IMG/VR virus record: IMGVR_UViG_3300028887_000087
DNA: 64,000 nt
Source: a virus
Lineage: Duplodnaviria; Heunggongvirae; Uroviricota; Caudoviricetes
Direction: 5' to 3' (one strand)
In this document: in pieces, positions 47,275 to 55,483 of the stretch
Layout: every line of letters starts with the position of its first letter
Position numbering within the stretch: position 1 is the stretch's first letter
The notes under the pieces: generated by a model
Told to the model about the DNA's origin: nothing
The model's database searches: none
The model's input: only the letters and a program-made list of their open reading frames with translations
Program-made: the position numbers and the translations under genes

Positions 47275-48282
47275 ATGTTGGATTTCAGATTACTGCAAGA
47301 TGTTTTACCTAAAGCTTTTGCAAATATGGGACCCGTGATTGAAATCAATTGCGAGCAACCTACACAAAGTTTTGATTGCTTCAGCGGTCATTTTGAACGA
47401 CCGTTTGGGCAAATGCAGTACCACATAAAGTTTCTTTGTGGTTATATTGAAATGGGTGAAAACGAGCTTTGGGACAAAATAAGTCCTTATATTGAAGAAG
47501 AAAGCGATGACGAGGAAGTTGTCGAAGAAAATACGGAGGTTAATATGGACGTAAATGGAATGTTTGGAAAGTTCCTTAAGCCAATCAAGCCTGGGATGGT
47601 AAGAATTGGCCTTAATGGTGAACTTGCTGTAAAAAGTGGCTCAGGCTATAAAACTTACAACGCTAAAACAAAACAGCTTGTAAATGTTCAGGATTTCTGT
47701 TTCGATATTGGGCAGGATTTGTTTATTTGTGTTCCAACTGCAAAAGTAAAAGTTGGCGACATCATTGTTCTTGATGACCCAGACGCTCCTCAGGGAGTTG
47801 CACCTAAGTGTGTTACTGCTCTCGAAGACGGCAAGACAATCAAGGTTATGGACTACAGAACAAATGAAATTCAAACAATCGTGCCTGAGCGTCATTTCTT
47901 CCTTGGAAAGATGTTCTTCTACAACAAAATCCATTCTCTTATCCCAATCGGAGACCTTGCAGGTTCAAAAGGAACTGACAAGTTCGGTAAGCTTCTTGGA
48001 AAGATGGCTTTGATGAATGCATTTACTGGTAAAGGTTTCAACTTTGGTGGCGGCAGCGGAGACAGTGAAGGTAATGGCGGACTTAACGGTTTGGCTATGA
48101 TGGCTCTTTTCGGCGGCGGACTTTTTGGCGGCGGCGGAGACGATGATTTGTTCGACTTCTCAGGTATGTTCGACCTTGAAATCCCAGACGTTGATGTAAA
48201 CGGCGATGAAACACCTGAAGCAAAGAAAGCTCGCCTCAAGGCAGAACTTGCTGCTCTTGAAGCTGAAGAAGAGAAAAAATAA
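47275..48282 (+). CDS. hypothetical protein with Gly-rich/acidic C-terminus
   Basis: GGGSGDSEGNGG...GGGLFGGGGDDDLFDF tail. Confidence 0.5.
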   Translation: MLDFRLLQDVLPKAFANMGPVIEINCEQPTQSFDCFSGHFERPFGQMQYHIKFLCGYIEMGENELWDKISPYIEEESDDEEVVEENTEVNMDVNGMFGKFLKPIKPGMVRIGLNGELAVKSGSGYKTYNAKTKQLVNVQDFCFDIGQDLFICVPTAKVKVGDIIVLDDPDAPQGVAPKCVTALEDGKTIKVMDYRTNEIQTIVPERHFFLGKMFFYNKIHSLIPIGDLAGSKGTDKFGKLLGKMALMNAFTGKGFNFGGGSGDSEGNGGLNGLAMMALFGGGLFGGGGDDDLFDFSGMFDLEIPDVDVNGDETPEAKKARLKAELAALEAEEEKK

Positions 48283-48303
48283 AATAACATAAACGCCTTC
48301 ACT

Positions 48304-48322
48304 ATAACATCACTGATGTTAT
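48304..48322 (+). repeat. 19-nt perfect palindrome ATAACATCA-C-TGATGTTAT
   Basis: seen directly; intergenic, followed by TTTTG. Confidence 0.4.
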
Positions 48323-48353
48323 TTTGAAGGTTTAAATGTTATGGAGGTACAAT

Positions 48354-49268
48354 ATGGGTGGCGGATGCTACAGTGAAAGTTCTTTCAGCAGCTATGCAAA
48401 ATCAGTTGGCGCTGTAATGGATAATTGTGAAGTTGATGGCGTAAGAACACTTCGTCTCAACAATATGAAATATTCCCAGACATCTTTACATAGCGAACTT
48501 GACCCTAAGAGTCGTGTTCGTGAATGTTGTAATACAGAGGAACATCCTAATACAATGCCTGTTATCCTTGCTCTTGATGTGACAGGTTCAATGGGTTCAG
48601 CTTGTGATGAATGCGCTGCTTCTGTTGCAAACTTGATGAAGGATCTTTATGAAAAGTTTGAAGATGTTGAAGTTTGTGTAATGGGTGTAGGTGACCTTGA
48701 ATGTGATAGCTCGCCTCTTCAGGTTTCTCAGTTTGAGTCTGATGTTCGTGTTGCAAAACAGATGCAGGAAATTTATCTTGAAAAGGGTGGTGGCGGAAAT
48801 AGTTATGAATCATATACAGCTCCTTGGTATTTTGGTCTTTACCATACAAGATTGGATTGTTTCGACAAGCAGGGAAGAAAAGGCGTTATTATTACAATGG
48901 GTGATGAGCCGCTCAATCCTGCATTAAACAGAAGAGATGTTGAGCACTTCTTGGGCGTTGGATTGGAAGAGCAGACTGAAGTAAAAACAGACAAACTTTA
49001 CAAGGCAGCTTCAAAGAAGTTTGACATCTATCACATTTCTGTCGAAGACGACAGAACAAACTATAACAGCGACAGAACTTCTTACGAAGATCAGGTTGAT
49101 AAGTCATTCAAAGATGTTATCGGAGATGACCATTACCTTGTATCTTCAGTAAACGGACTTCAGAAGAACATCGTTAAATGTATTGAAAAATCATACAAGA
49201 AACGCGAAAGACTTACTGAAGAAGCCCCTGCAAAATCAAAGAAAGATAAATCTGAGGTTGAGTGGTAA
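48354..49268 (+). CDS. von Willebrand factor A (vWA)-like protein
   Basis: MIDAS-like LDVTGSMG; GGAGG RBS before ATG 48354. Confidence 0.5.
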   Translation: MGGGCYSESSFSSYAKSVGAVMDNCEVDGVRTLRLNNMKYSQTSLHSELDPKSRVRECCNTEEHPNTMPVILALDVTGSMGSACDECAASVANLMKDLYEKFEDVEVCVMGVGDLECDSSPLQVSQFESDVRVAKQMQEIYLEKGGGGNSYESYTAPWYFGLYHTRLDCFDKQGRKGVIITMGDEPLNPALNRRDVEHFLGVGLEEQTEVKTDKLYKAASKKFDIYHISVEDDRTNYNSDRTSYEDQVDKSFKDVIGDDHYLVSSVNGLQKNIVKCIEKSYKKRERLTEEAPAKSKKDKSEVEW

Positions 49269-49696
49269 TGATTAAAGGAATTCTTTATAAGCATAAACCT
49301 AATTACGTCCGCGCCTTCTATGTTGACAAAGAAGAGGCAAAAAGAAACGAAGATTATGTTTGCAAACTTATACAAGAGTTCCTTGGTCCCGCTTGGAATG
49401 TTTATACAGTAATTACTTCAGGCGGAAGAATGTGGCATATTTATCGAGATAACTGGGAAGGCCCAGGAAGCCGCAACTATTATGAAGACTTTTACAAAAG
49501 TTGGTTGTTGGTGAAAGAAGAATCAGATGCAGAAAGTGCAGATGATGTTTGCTTTACAGATTACCCATCTTTTTACAAACTTTATGAAGATGCTAAAGAA
49601 GATGAAATCGAGTATGTTGATTTGCCACAGCTTGATGATGAAAGTCCAAAAGAAATCTTTTATACACGAGACGGCGTCAAGGAGCTTGAATGGTAA
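49262..49696 (+). CDS. hypothetical protein (144 aa)
   Basis: coupled ORF. Confidence 0.45.
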   Translation: MVMIKGILYKHKPNYVRAFYVDKEEAKRNEDYVCKLIQEFLGPAWNVYTVITSGGRMWHIYRDNWEGPGSRNYYEDFYKSWLLVKEESDAESADDVCFTDYPSFYKLYEDAKEDEIEYVDLPQLDDESPKEIFYTRDGVKELEW

Positions 49697-49992
49697 AGAA
49701 GTATCTTAAAAAGCCTATAATGGTTGAAGCACTTGAATTTGATGGCAGCAATCTTGATGAAGTTAAAAGTTTTATCGAAGAAAGAAAGCGTAAGGCTGAT
49801 AAGTTGACAATTGTAGAATCTGATCTTGCAACATACGAGTATGAATTGATTTTACCAAACGGTCAGGGCATTGGCTTTAAGAAAGGTGACTTTCTTGTTC
49901 AAGGTGTTGATGGTTCAATTTACCCAGTACATAAAAACACTTTTTGGAAAGTTTACGAAACTCTTGATGACGATAATTATATAAGTTGGTAG
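49690..49992 (+). CDS. hypothetical protein (100 aa)
   Basis: coupled ORF. Confidence 0.45.
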   Translation: MVKKYLKKPIMVEALEFDGSNLDEVKSFIEERKRKADKLTIVESDLATYEYELILPNGQGIGFKKGDFLVQGVDGSIYPVHKNTFWKVYETLDDDNYISW

Positions 49993-49995
49993 AAA

Positions 49996-51078
49996 ATGAG
50001 TATTGATGTTGTAATTGGCGCAAATTATGGAGATGAAGGCAAAGGCCTCACAGTTGCTCGTATTGCAAAGCAGTATGACCCAAGACAAACTTTTGTTATT
50101 ATGGGTAATGGCGGTGCGCAAAGAGGACACTCTGTAATACACGATGGAAAACAACATATCTTCAAACATTTCAATTCTGCAACTCCATTAGGTGTTCGAA
50201 CATTCTTCAGCCCAGACTTTATTCTTGACCCTATTCAGTTCAATGTTGAAAAAGAGGAACTTAAAAAAGTTTACGGTATTGAGCCTATAGCAATTCGTTC
50301 TGCATCTTGTAAGTGGGTGACACCTTGGGACATAATGGCAAATCAAATGTTGCAAAAAGAAAATTGGACAGGCTCTTGCGGTATGGGTATCTGGGAAACT
50401 GTACTTCGTTATCGTAACGGCGTGTATATGGACTTTGATAGTTTTGCTGCTCGTCCACACGATGAACAAGTTGAGTTTCTCAAAAAGATTCGCGACTATT
50501 ACGAAGGTGTAAGAAAGATCAAAGTCAACCCAAAATACCGAACACCTTGGTATTCTGATATTCTTATTGAGCATTTCATAAGAGACTTTATGTCAATGTT
50601 TGAATGTTGCAAAGTTAGCCCATCATTCTTAAACTTGGCTTCAAAACTCCAGTCACAACATTTTATTATCGAAAATGGACAAGGACTTCTTTTAGGCGAT
50701 AAAGGATTTGATGATAAGGAAGCAACACCTTCAAATACAGGACTCCCATCATACATCGACTTGAAAGATGCAAATGTTCATTTCGTAACACGACCTTATA
50801 TTACTCGTCACGGCTCTGATACTTTTGTTGGCCACAAACTTGATTGTGACCTTAATAAGTCAACTGAAATCAATCAGTACAACGAATGGCAGCACGACTT
50901 CTTTTACGATTACCTTGACTTGGCTGATTTGAAAAAGAGATGCGATGAAGAAGTCGCAATGCATCATATCAAAAGATATACAGTCGAAGTCACTCATTGT
51001 GATGAACTTGACCGTGAAGTTGAGTTCAAAAATATTTTTCACGGAAATTGTAATTTTTACGATTCAAATAAACTTTAA
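49996..51078 (+). CDS. adenylosuccinate synthetase (PurA)-family protein, divergent (PurZ-like candidate)
   Basis: P-loop GANYGDEGKG; NGGAQRGHS (cf. GGHNAGHT); GSCGMGIWETVLRY (cf. GTTGRGIGPAY); ENGQGLLLGD (cf. EGAQGTLLD); KLD motif. Confidence 0.7.
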   Translation: MSIDVVIGANYGDEGKGLTVARIAKQYDPRQTFVIMGNGGAQRGHSVIHDGKQHIFKHFNSATPLGVRTFFSPDFILDPIQFNVEKEELKKVYGIEPIAIRSASCKWVTPWDIMANQMLQKENWTGSCGMGIWETVLRYRNGVYMDFDSFAARPHDEQVEFLKKIRDYYEGVRKIKVNPKYRTPWYSDILIEHFIRDFMSMFECCKVSPSFLNLASKLQSQHFIIENGQGLLLGDKGFDDKEATPSNTGLPSYIDLKDANVHFVTRPYITRHGSDTFVGHKLDCDLNKSTEINQYNEWQHDFFYDYLDLADLKKRCDEEVAMHHIKRYTVEVTHCDELDREVEFKNIFHGNCNFYDSNKL

Positions 51079-51104
51079 TCAAAACCCTTTTATATTATAA
51101 ACAA
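51067..51104 (+). promoter_or_regulatory. class-1 phage promoter-like bipartite motif
   Basis: aataaacttt-N12-tttatattataaacaaATG. Confidence 0.45.
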
Positions 51105-51701
51105 ATGGAATATATAGACTATAACGTAAGAGACGCCTTTAAAACAAAGGCAACTGAAAACGGCAGAAGCACTGATTACATCAATTTATATATGCTCATA
51201 TATGAATTCAGCGATGACCGCCACGGCTACGATTGGGACAAAAGAGAAAAGTACTTTAACGACCTTCAGGATTTCGTAAAACATTTTGAAGGCGAAGGTA
51301 TTGTAGGCAGTCAAAGTGATTTAAGGGATTGGGACTTTGAAAGTCAGCAACCTTTTTATCAAAAAGGTGATATTGAGTGCGTCAGCATAATGGCTCCCGA
51401 AGATGACTTCTTTGTAAGAAACCTTCTTGATGCATTAAATCCTCTCGATTATGCAATTGAATACAGAAAAATGGCTCCTCGCAAAATTACAAAATTGCCA
51501 AAAGACGCATACGGAACTGAAGTCGAGATTGGCGATATTGTTGTTTGGGAAGGCGCTGCACACAGAGTTAAAAGTATCATTTCCGAAATAACGATAAACA
51601 AGAAAAGAATGTTTACCCGTGATTGTGTTGTTGTAAGAACAAATAACCCAAACAAGAAACTTGGCTGGGTTGAATATATTGATAACGGCAGAAAAGAATA
51701 A
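51105..51701 (+). CDS. hypothetical protein (198 aa)
   Basis: ORF after class-1 motif. Confidence 0.5.
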   Translation: MEYIDYNVRDAFKTKATENGRSTDYINLYMLIYEFSDDRHGYDWDKREKYFNDLQDFVKHFEGEGIVGSQSDLRDWDFESQQPFYQKGDIECVSIMAPEDDFFVRNLLDALNPLDYAIEYRKMAPRKITKLPKDAYGTEVEIGDIVVWEGAAHRVKSIISEITINKKRMFTRDCVVVRTNNPNKKLGWVEYIDNGRKE

Positions 51702-51717
51702 TTGGAGGTTCACTTAT

Positions 51718-53025
51718 ATGTGGTTAATCAATGGTAAATTGACTGATGATGAAAATGTCGTAATGGTGGCTTTTGACTTGAAATACCCGCCTATGGTAAA
51801 ATCACCGCTTGATACTGACCAGTACAAAAAGTCTATGAAACAGACTTATCTGCATCAGTTTAGCGATGCCCACGCAACTTGGGATTTCAAAGCCCGCAAT
51901 GTTGGTGATGGAACAAAACACGAAAAGTATACGGAAGAAGACCGTATTGAAATTAAGAAACAGATTATGGCTTACTGTGCTCTTGTTTACACAGAAGCAG
52001 AACTTGCCTTCCTTGGTGACCCAGTAAAACGTCCTTGGATTCATAACAACTTCATTGAAGTTGAACGCGATTGGCGTCCTCATCTTGAAGACTTTGAAGT
52101 TCTTGAAGATGAAAAGACAGGCCTTGCAATTCACACAAAAGGCGTTCAGTGGAAAATTTCTGATTACGAAATTCCTGTTCTTGAAATTGCTGCAGAAACA
52201 TATTACCGCAATCACTACGATTACGAACAGCTTGTAAAAGACTTCAAGGAAAAAACACTTGAAAAGATTGATTATATCAAGCGCGGCATTTTCCGCCCAG
52301 GTGCTTTCTCTGAGTTTGGTGCTCGTCGTCGTGTAAGTTTTGAACTTCAGGATTGGTTGGTAAAGACTCTTGTTGAAGCTGCAAAGGACCCAGACTTTGC
52401 AAAAAATGCAAAGTTTGTCGGAACTTCAAATATGTTCCTTGCTATGAAGTATGGAATTATGTCAGTAGGTACAATGGCTCACGAGTTTATTATGACTGTG
52501 GGACAGGGTTATCTCAAACACAATCCTGCATTCAGCAATTGGTACGCTCTTGATGCTTGGGTAAAAGAATACGGTACAATGAACGGTATCGCTCTTACAG
52601 ATACAATCGGAACTGATGTGTTCCTCCGCGACTTCAAGAAAACATTTGCAACAGTGTTCAGCGGCGTTCGTCACGACAGTGGTGACCCATACGCTTGGGG
52701 TGATAAAATCATTGCACATTACAAGAGCTTGGGTATTGACCCTATGACAAAAACTTTGATGTTCAGTGATGGTTTGAACTTGAAGAAAGCAACAGAACTT
52801 AACGAATACTTCAAAGGTAAAGCTCAGGTTGCGTTCGGTATCGGAACAGACTGGAGCGGTCCTCAGGGAATTGATGCTTTGAACATCGTATGTAAGGTTG
52901 CAATTGTAAACGGCCTTGATGTTGCAAAACTCAGTGATGCTGAAGGCAAGAATATGTGCCGCAATCCTGCAGCAATCGAACATCTTAAGAATGAGATTGC
53001 TTGGAGAATGGCAACTGACAAATAA
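51718..53025 (+). CDS. nicotinate (or nicotinamide) phosphoribosyltransferase, NAPRT/NAMPT family (PncB-like)
   Basis: FGARRRVS, GTSNMFLA, VGTMAHEF, VRHDSGDP, VAFGIGT family motifs; GGAGG RBS before ATG 51718. Confidence 0.7.
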   Translation: MWLINGKLTDDENVVMVAFDLKYPPMVKSPLDTDQYKKSMKQTYLHQFSDAHATWDFKARNVGDGTKHEKYTEEDRIEIKKQIMAYCALVYTEAELAFLGDPVKRPWIHNNFIEVERDWRPHLEDFEVLEDEKTGLAIHTKGVQWKISDYEIPVLEIAAETYYRNHYDYEQLVKDFKEKTLEKIDYIKRGIFRPGAFSEFGARRRVSFELQDWLVKTLVEAAKDPDFAKNAKFVGTSNMFLAMKYGIMSVGTMAHEFIMTVGQGYLKHNPAFSNWYALDAWVKEYGTMNGIALTDTIGTDVFLRDFKKTFATVFSGVRHDSGDPYAWGDKIIAHYKSLGIDPMTKTLMFSDGLNLKKATELNEYFKGKAQVAFGIGTDWSGPQGIDALNIVCKVAIVNGLDVAKLSDAEGKNMCRNPAAIEHLKNEIAWRMATDK

Positions 53026-53050
53026 AATAATTGGGAGCTTCGGCTCCCAA
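53024..53050 (+). terminator. GC hairpin TTGGGAGC-TTCG-GCTCCCAA overlapping next gene's RBS (attenuator/terminator-like)
   Basis: 8-bp stem, TTCG loop, followed by GGAGTTTTT. Confidence 0.35.
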
Positions 53051-53061
53051 GGAGTTTTTAA

Positions 53062-53748
53062 ATGTTTAAGAAAGAAAAGAAATATGTTGCACTTATCAGA
53101 GAAGCAACAAGTTTTGGTCCTGAAGGCCTCAACAACGAAGAAAGAATTGTAAGAGAATGGGAAATGGACGACTATGATGATGCAATCAATTATGTAAACA
53201 TAAACGGCTTTGGAGTTCAGAATTATCACAATATGTCAGTCCCATATTACCGCCTTGATGTTATTACTGAAAGAGTTGAAAAGGGCAGGGTAAAGAGAGA
53301 ATACGACCATCGTATTCGTAACTTTTCACTCAGAGAAGATACAATCGAAAAGTACAAACTTGCAAGAGTTGATGAGTGGTGTCAGAATAACAATGCTTGG
53401 ATTGCTTACAGAATGCTTTGGGACTTGAAACAGGAAGTTCCTGCTATTGAATGTCGTATGCCTAACGATACTCACTATTACACTGATTTTGAAAAACTCA
53501 AAGCTATGTACGAAGCTGTAAAGAAAGAGCAGCAGCCTTTTGCAATCAAAGGAACTGATTGGCCTTATTGGTTTAAGGTTGCAGGACAGCTTATTCCATC
53601 AACAACATCAAATTGGTTTAAGCATCTTCTTATCAAATACAACTATGTTGCAGAAGCTTCTCTTGAGCCTTACACAGGTGAAGACAAGTATGAAGAACAT
53701 ACAACCAAAAACGCAAGCGGTGTTTCCGTTTGTAGGAGTATAAGCTAA
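53062..53748 (+). CDS. hypothetical protein (228 aa)
   Basis: GGAG RBS. Confidence 0.5.
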   Translation: MFKKEKKYVALIREATSFGPEGLNNEERIVREWEMDDYDDAINYVNINGFGVQNYHNMSVPYYRLDVITERVEKGRVKREYDHRIRNFSLREDTIEKYKLARVDEWCQNNNAWIAYRMLWDLKQEVPAIECRMPNDTHYYTDFEKLKAMYEAVKKEQQPFAIKGTDWPYWFKVAGQLIPSTTSNWFKHLLIKYNYVAEASLEPYTGEDKYEEHTTKNASGVSVCRSIS

Positions 53749-54047
53749 TGCCAGCTGACAATAAACTTGAACATAAAACCGGCGAATATTATGCTTCTTT
53801 GGCAGAAAAAGACAGAGCTGAATTTCATAAACGCATTGAAAACTCTGACCTGCCAAAGGACAAAAAGATTGAATACATCGCCGTTTTTGATAAGGGTTTT
53901 GACTTAGGCTTTGCTTGTGCCAAACAGTATTGTGATAAGGATTTGCAAAACTTGACTGCAGAACTGACTTCAATGACAAAAGAAGAGTTTGACAGTTATG
54001 TAAAACTTCACAAACTTTTGACAGAAACTGAACTTTTACATCCTTAA
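53748..54047 (+). CDS. hypothetical protein (99 aa)
   Basis: TAATG coupling. Confidence 0.45.
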   Translation: MPADNKLEHKTGEYYASLAEKDRAEFHKRIENSDLPKDKKIEYIAVFDKGFDLGFACAKQYCDKDLQNLTAELTSMTKEEFDSYVKLHKLLTETELLHP

Positions 54048-54065
54048 CTTTATATTATTTTTGTA
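54030..54065 (+). promoter_or_regulatory. class-1 phage promoter-like motif (variant)
   Basis: gaactttt-N12-tttatattatttttgtATG. Confidence 0.4.
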
Positions 54066-54265
54066 TGGAAGAATATACAACAGATACAATCTACAATTTT
54101 AAGCTTACCACTTCAAAAGATAACTTAAGAAAGTTTGTTGAAGGCGGCTTGTTTACCTTCAAAACTGGCGGAAAGGAATATACCCGCAGAGTTTATTGGA
54201 GCAACAAGCAGGGCTTACATATCAACTTCCGCGGTTATGCGGTTGCTTACGAAGATTTCAATTAA
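54065..54265 (+). CDS. hypothetical protein (66 aa)
   Basis: ORF. Confidence 0.45.
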   Translation: MEEYTTDTIYNFKLTTSKDNLRKFVEGGLFTFKTGGKEYTRRVYWSNKQGLHINFRGYAVAYEDFN

Positions 54266-54276
54266 GGAGTTTATAA

Positions 54277-54681
54277 ATGAATGAACTTTTGAATGCTCTT
54301 ATCGCATCACTTGCACAGGAGCCTAAACAGGAATCTGCAGAATTCGGACCTCGCAGAAAGGTTAGCCCAGATGTAATGGAAGACCTTGCAAAAGCAATCA
54401 AAGATAAGCGTGAACTCGCAAATCAGTACTTTCAGGCAGCTCTTGCTTTCAAACAGGAAGCTGATAAACTTGAAGCTGCTCAGAAGGCTCAGAAGCTTCA
54501 CTTCGAAGAAGACCTTCGTCCAATTCCTGCAGTAAAATACAACAACAAAGTTGAGCGTTTTGCCCGTGAACAGGATGCAAACAACTATGCTGCATATCTT
54601 ATTGAAAATGGTGCAAAGCCTGAGGATATTGAGACTTTCAATATTGACATCAATATGAACCCAAGATTCTGGAGAGCTTAA
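54277..54681 (+). CDS. hypothetical protein (134 aa)
   Basis: AAGGAG RBS. Confidence 0.5.
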   Translation: MNELLNALIASLAQEPKQESAEFGPRRKVSPDVMEDLAKAIKDKRELANQYFQAALAFKQEADKLEAAQKAQKLHFEEDLRPIPAVKYNNKVERFAREQDANNYAAYLIENGAKPEDIETFNIDINMNPRFWRA

Positions 54682-54828
54682 ATGGAAAAGGCTGTTAACT
54701 GGCTTATTGAAGACGGTGCTTTTACGTGGTTTGATGGCAGCGGATTTGCTTTCATCGTATGTTGTGTTGCAATCGGCTTTTGTGTAGCCTGTGCAGTATC
54801 AAAGAAAGTACGAAGTAAGTTCTTTTAA
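54682..54828 (+). CDS. possible small membrane peptide (48 aa)
   Basis: TAAATG coupling; hydrophobic core FAFIVCCVAIGFCVACAV. Confidence 0.3.
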   Translation: MEKAVNWLIEDGAFTWFDGSGFAFIVCCVAIGFCVACAVSKKVRSKFF

Positions 54829-54836
54829 GAGGTAAT

Positions 54837-55472
54837 ATGAAAAAGATTAAAGAAGAAGAGTTGCTTAAGACTCCCGTATTCACAGTTGTCAAAAAGACTT
54901 TTGACGGCACAAAGTTCAACCCAGTAGGACTTAATTGCCACGATTGGGTTATGGTAATTATAACCGATAAACCTTGTTGGGAAGCTGATGCAAAAGCAGT
55001 TCTTATCAAACAGACTCGCTGGGGTCTTGAAGATAAAACAATTGAATTCCCTTGCGGCACAGTTGATGACGAAGACTTTTTCGCTGCTGCACTTGTAAAA
55101 AACGAAGAAGAGTTTGAAGAACTTTGGAAAAGAATAAGCGATGACGAAAAGCGGGACATCCTTGCAGACGGAAGAATGAAAGCTGCAGCCCGTGAGTTGA
55201 AAGAAGAAACAGGAATGGACGTTGTTGATATTGACTTGAAACATCTTATCACTTTCAACCCAAATCCTGCCTACTTCAACAACACAATGTCAATTTATCG
55301 CTGCGTCGTACCAAACCTTGATGAATTGATTGCAAAGAAAGGCGAACAGAATCTTGACGAAAACGAAGATTGTGAAGTAATTTACGACCGCCTTTTGGAC
55401 CATACTTCTGAAATATCAGAACACGCGATGGGTATTGCGGCACTTTTTGCTGCAGGTTATCATCTTGACTAA
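54837..55472 (+). CDS. Nudix hydrolase (ADP-ribose/NADH pyrophosphatase-like)
   Basis: Nudix box core RELKEETGM (REUxEExGU); AAGAGG RBS. Confidence 0.65.
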   Translation: MKKIKEEELLKTPVFTVVKKTFDGTKFNPVGLNCHDWVMVIITDKPCWEADAKAVLIKQTRWGLEDKTIEFPCGTVDDEDFFAAALVKNEEEFEELWKRISDDEKRDILADGRMKAAARELKEETGMDVVDIDLKHLITFNPNPAYFNNTMSIYRCVVPNLDELIAKKGEQNLDENEDCEVIYDRLLDHTSEISEHAMGIAALFAAGYHLD

Positions 55473-55483
55473 GGAGAAACAAA

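Noticed and set aside
52462-53229. 255-aa minus-strand ORF opposite the NAPRT-like gene
   Set aside because: The reason is the same: the sense strand has clear family motifs, and the antisense has no RBS and a biased composition.
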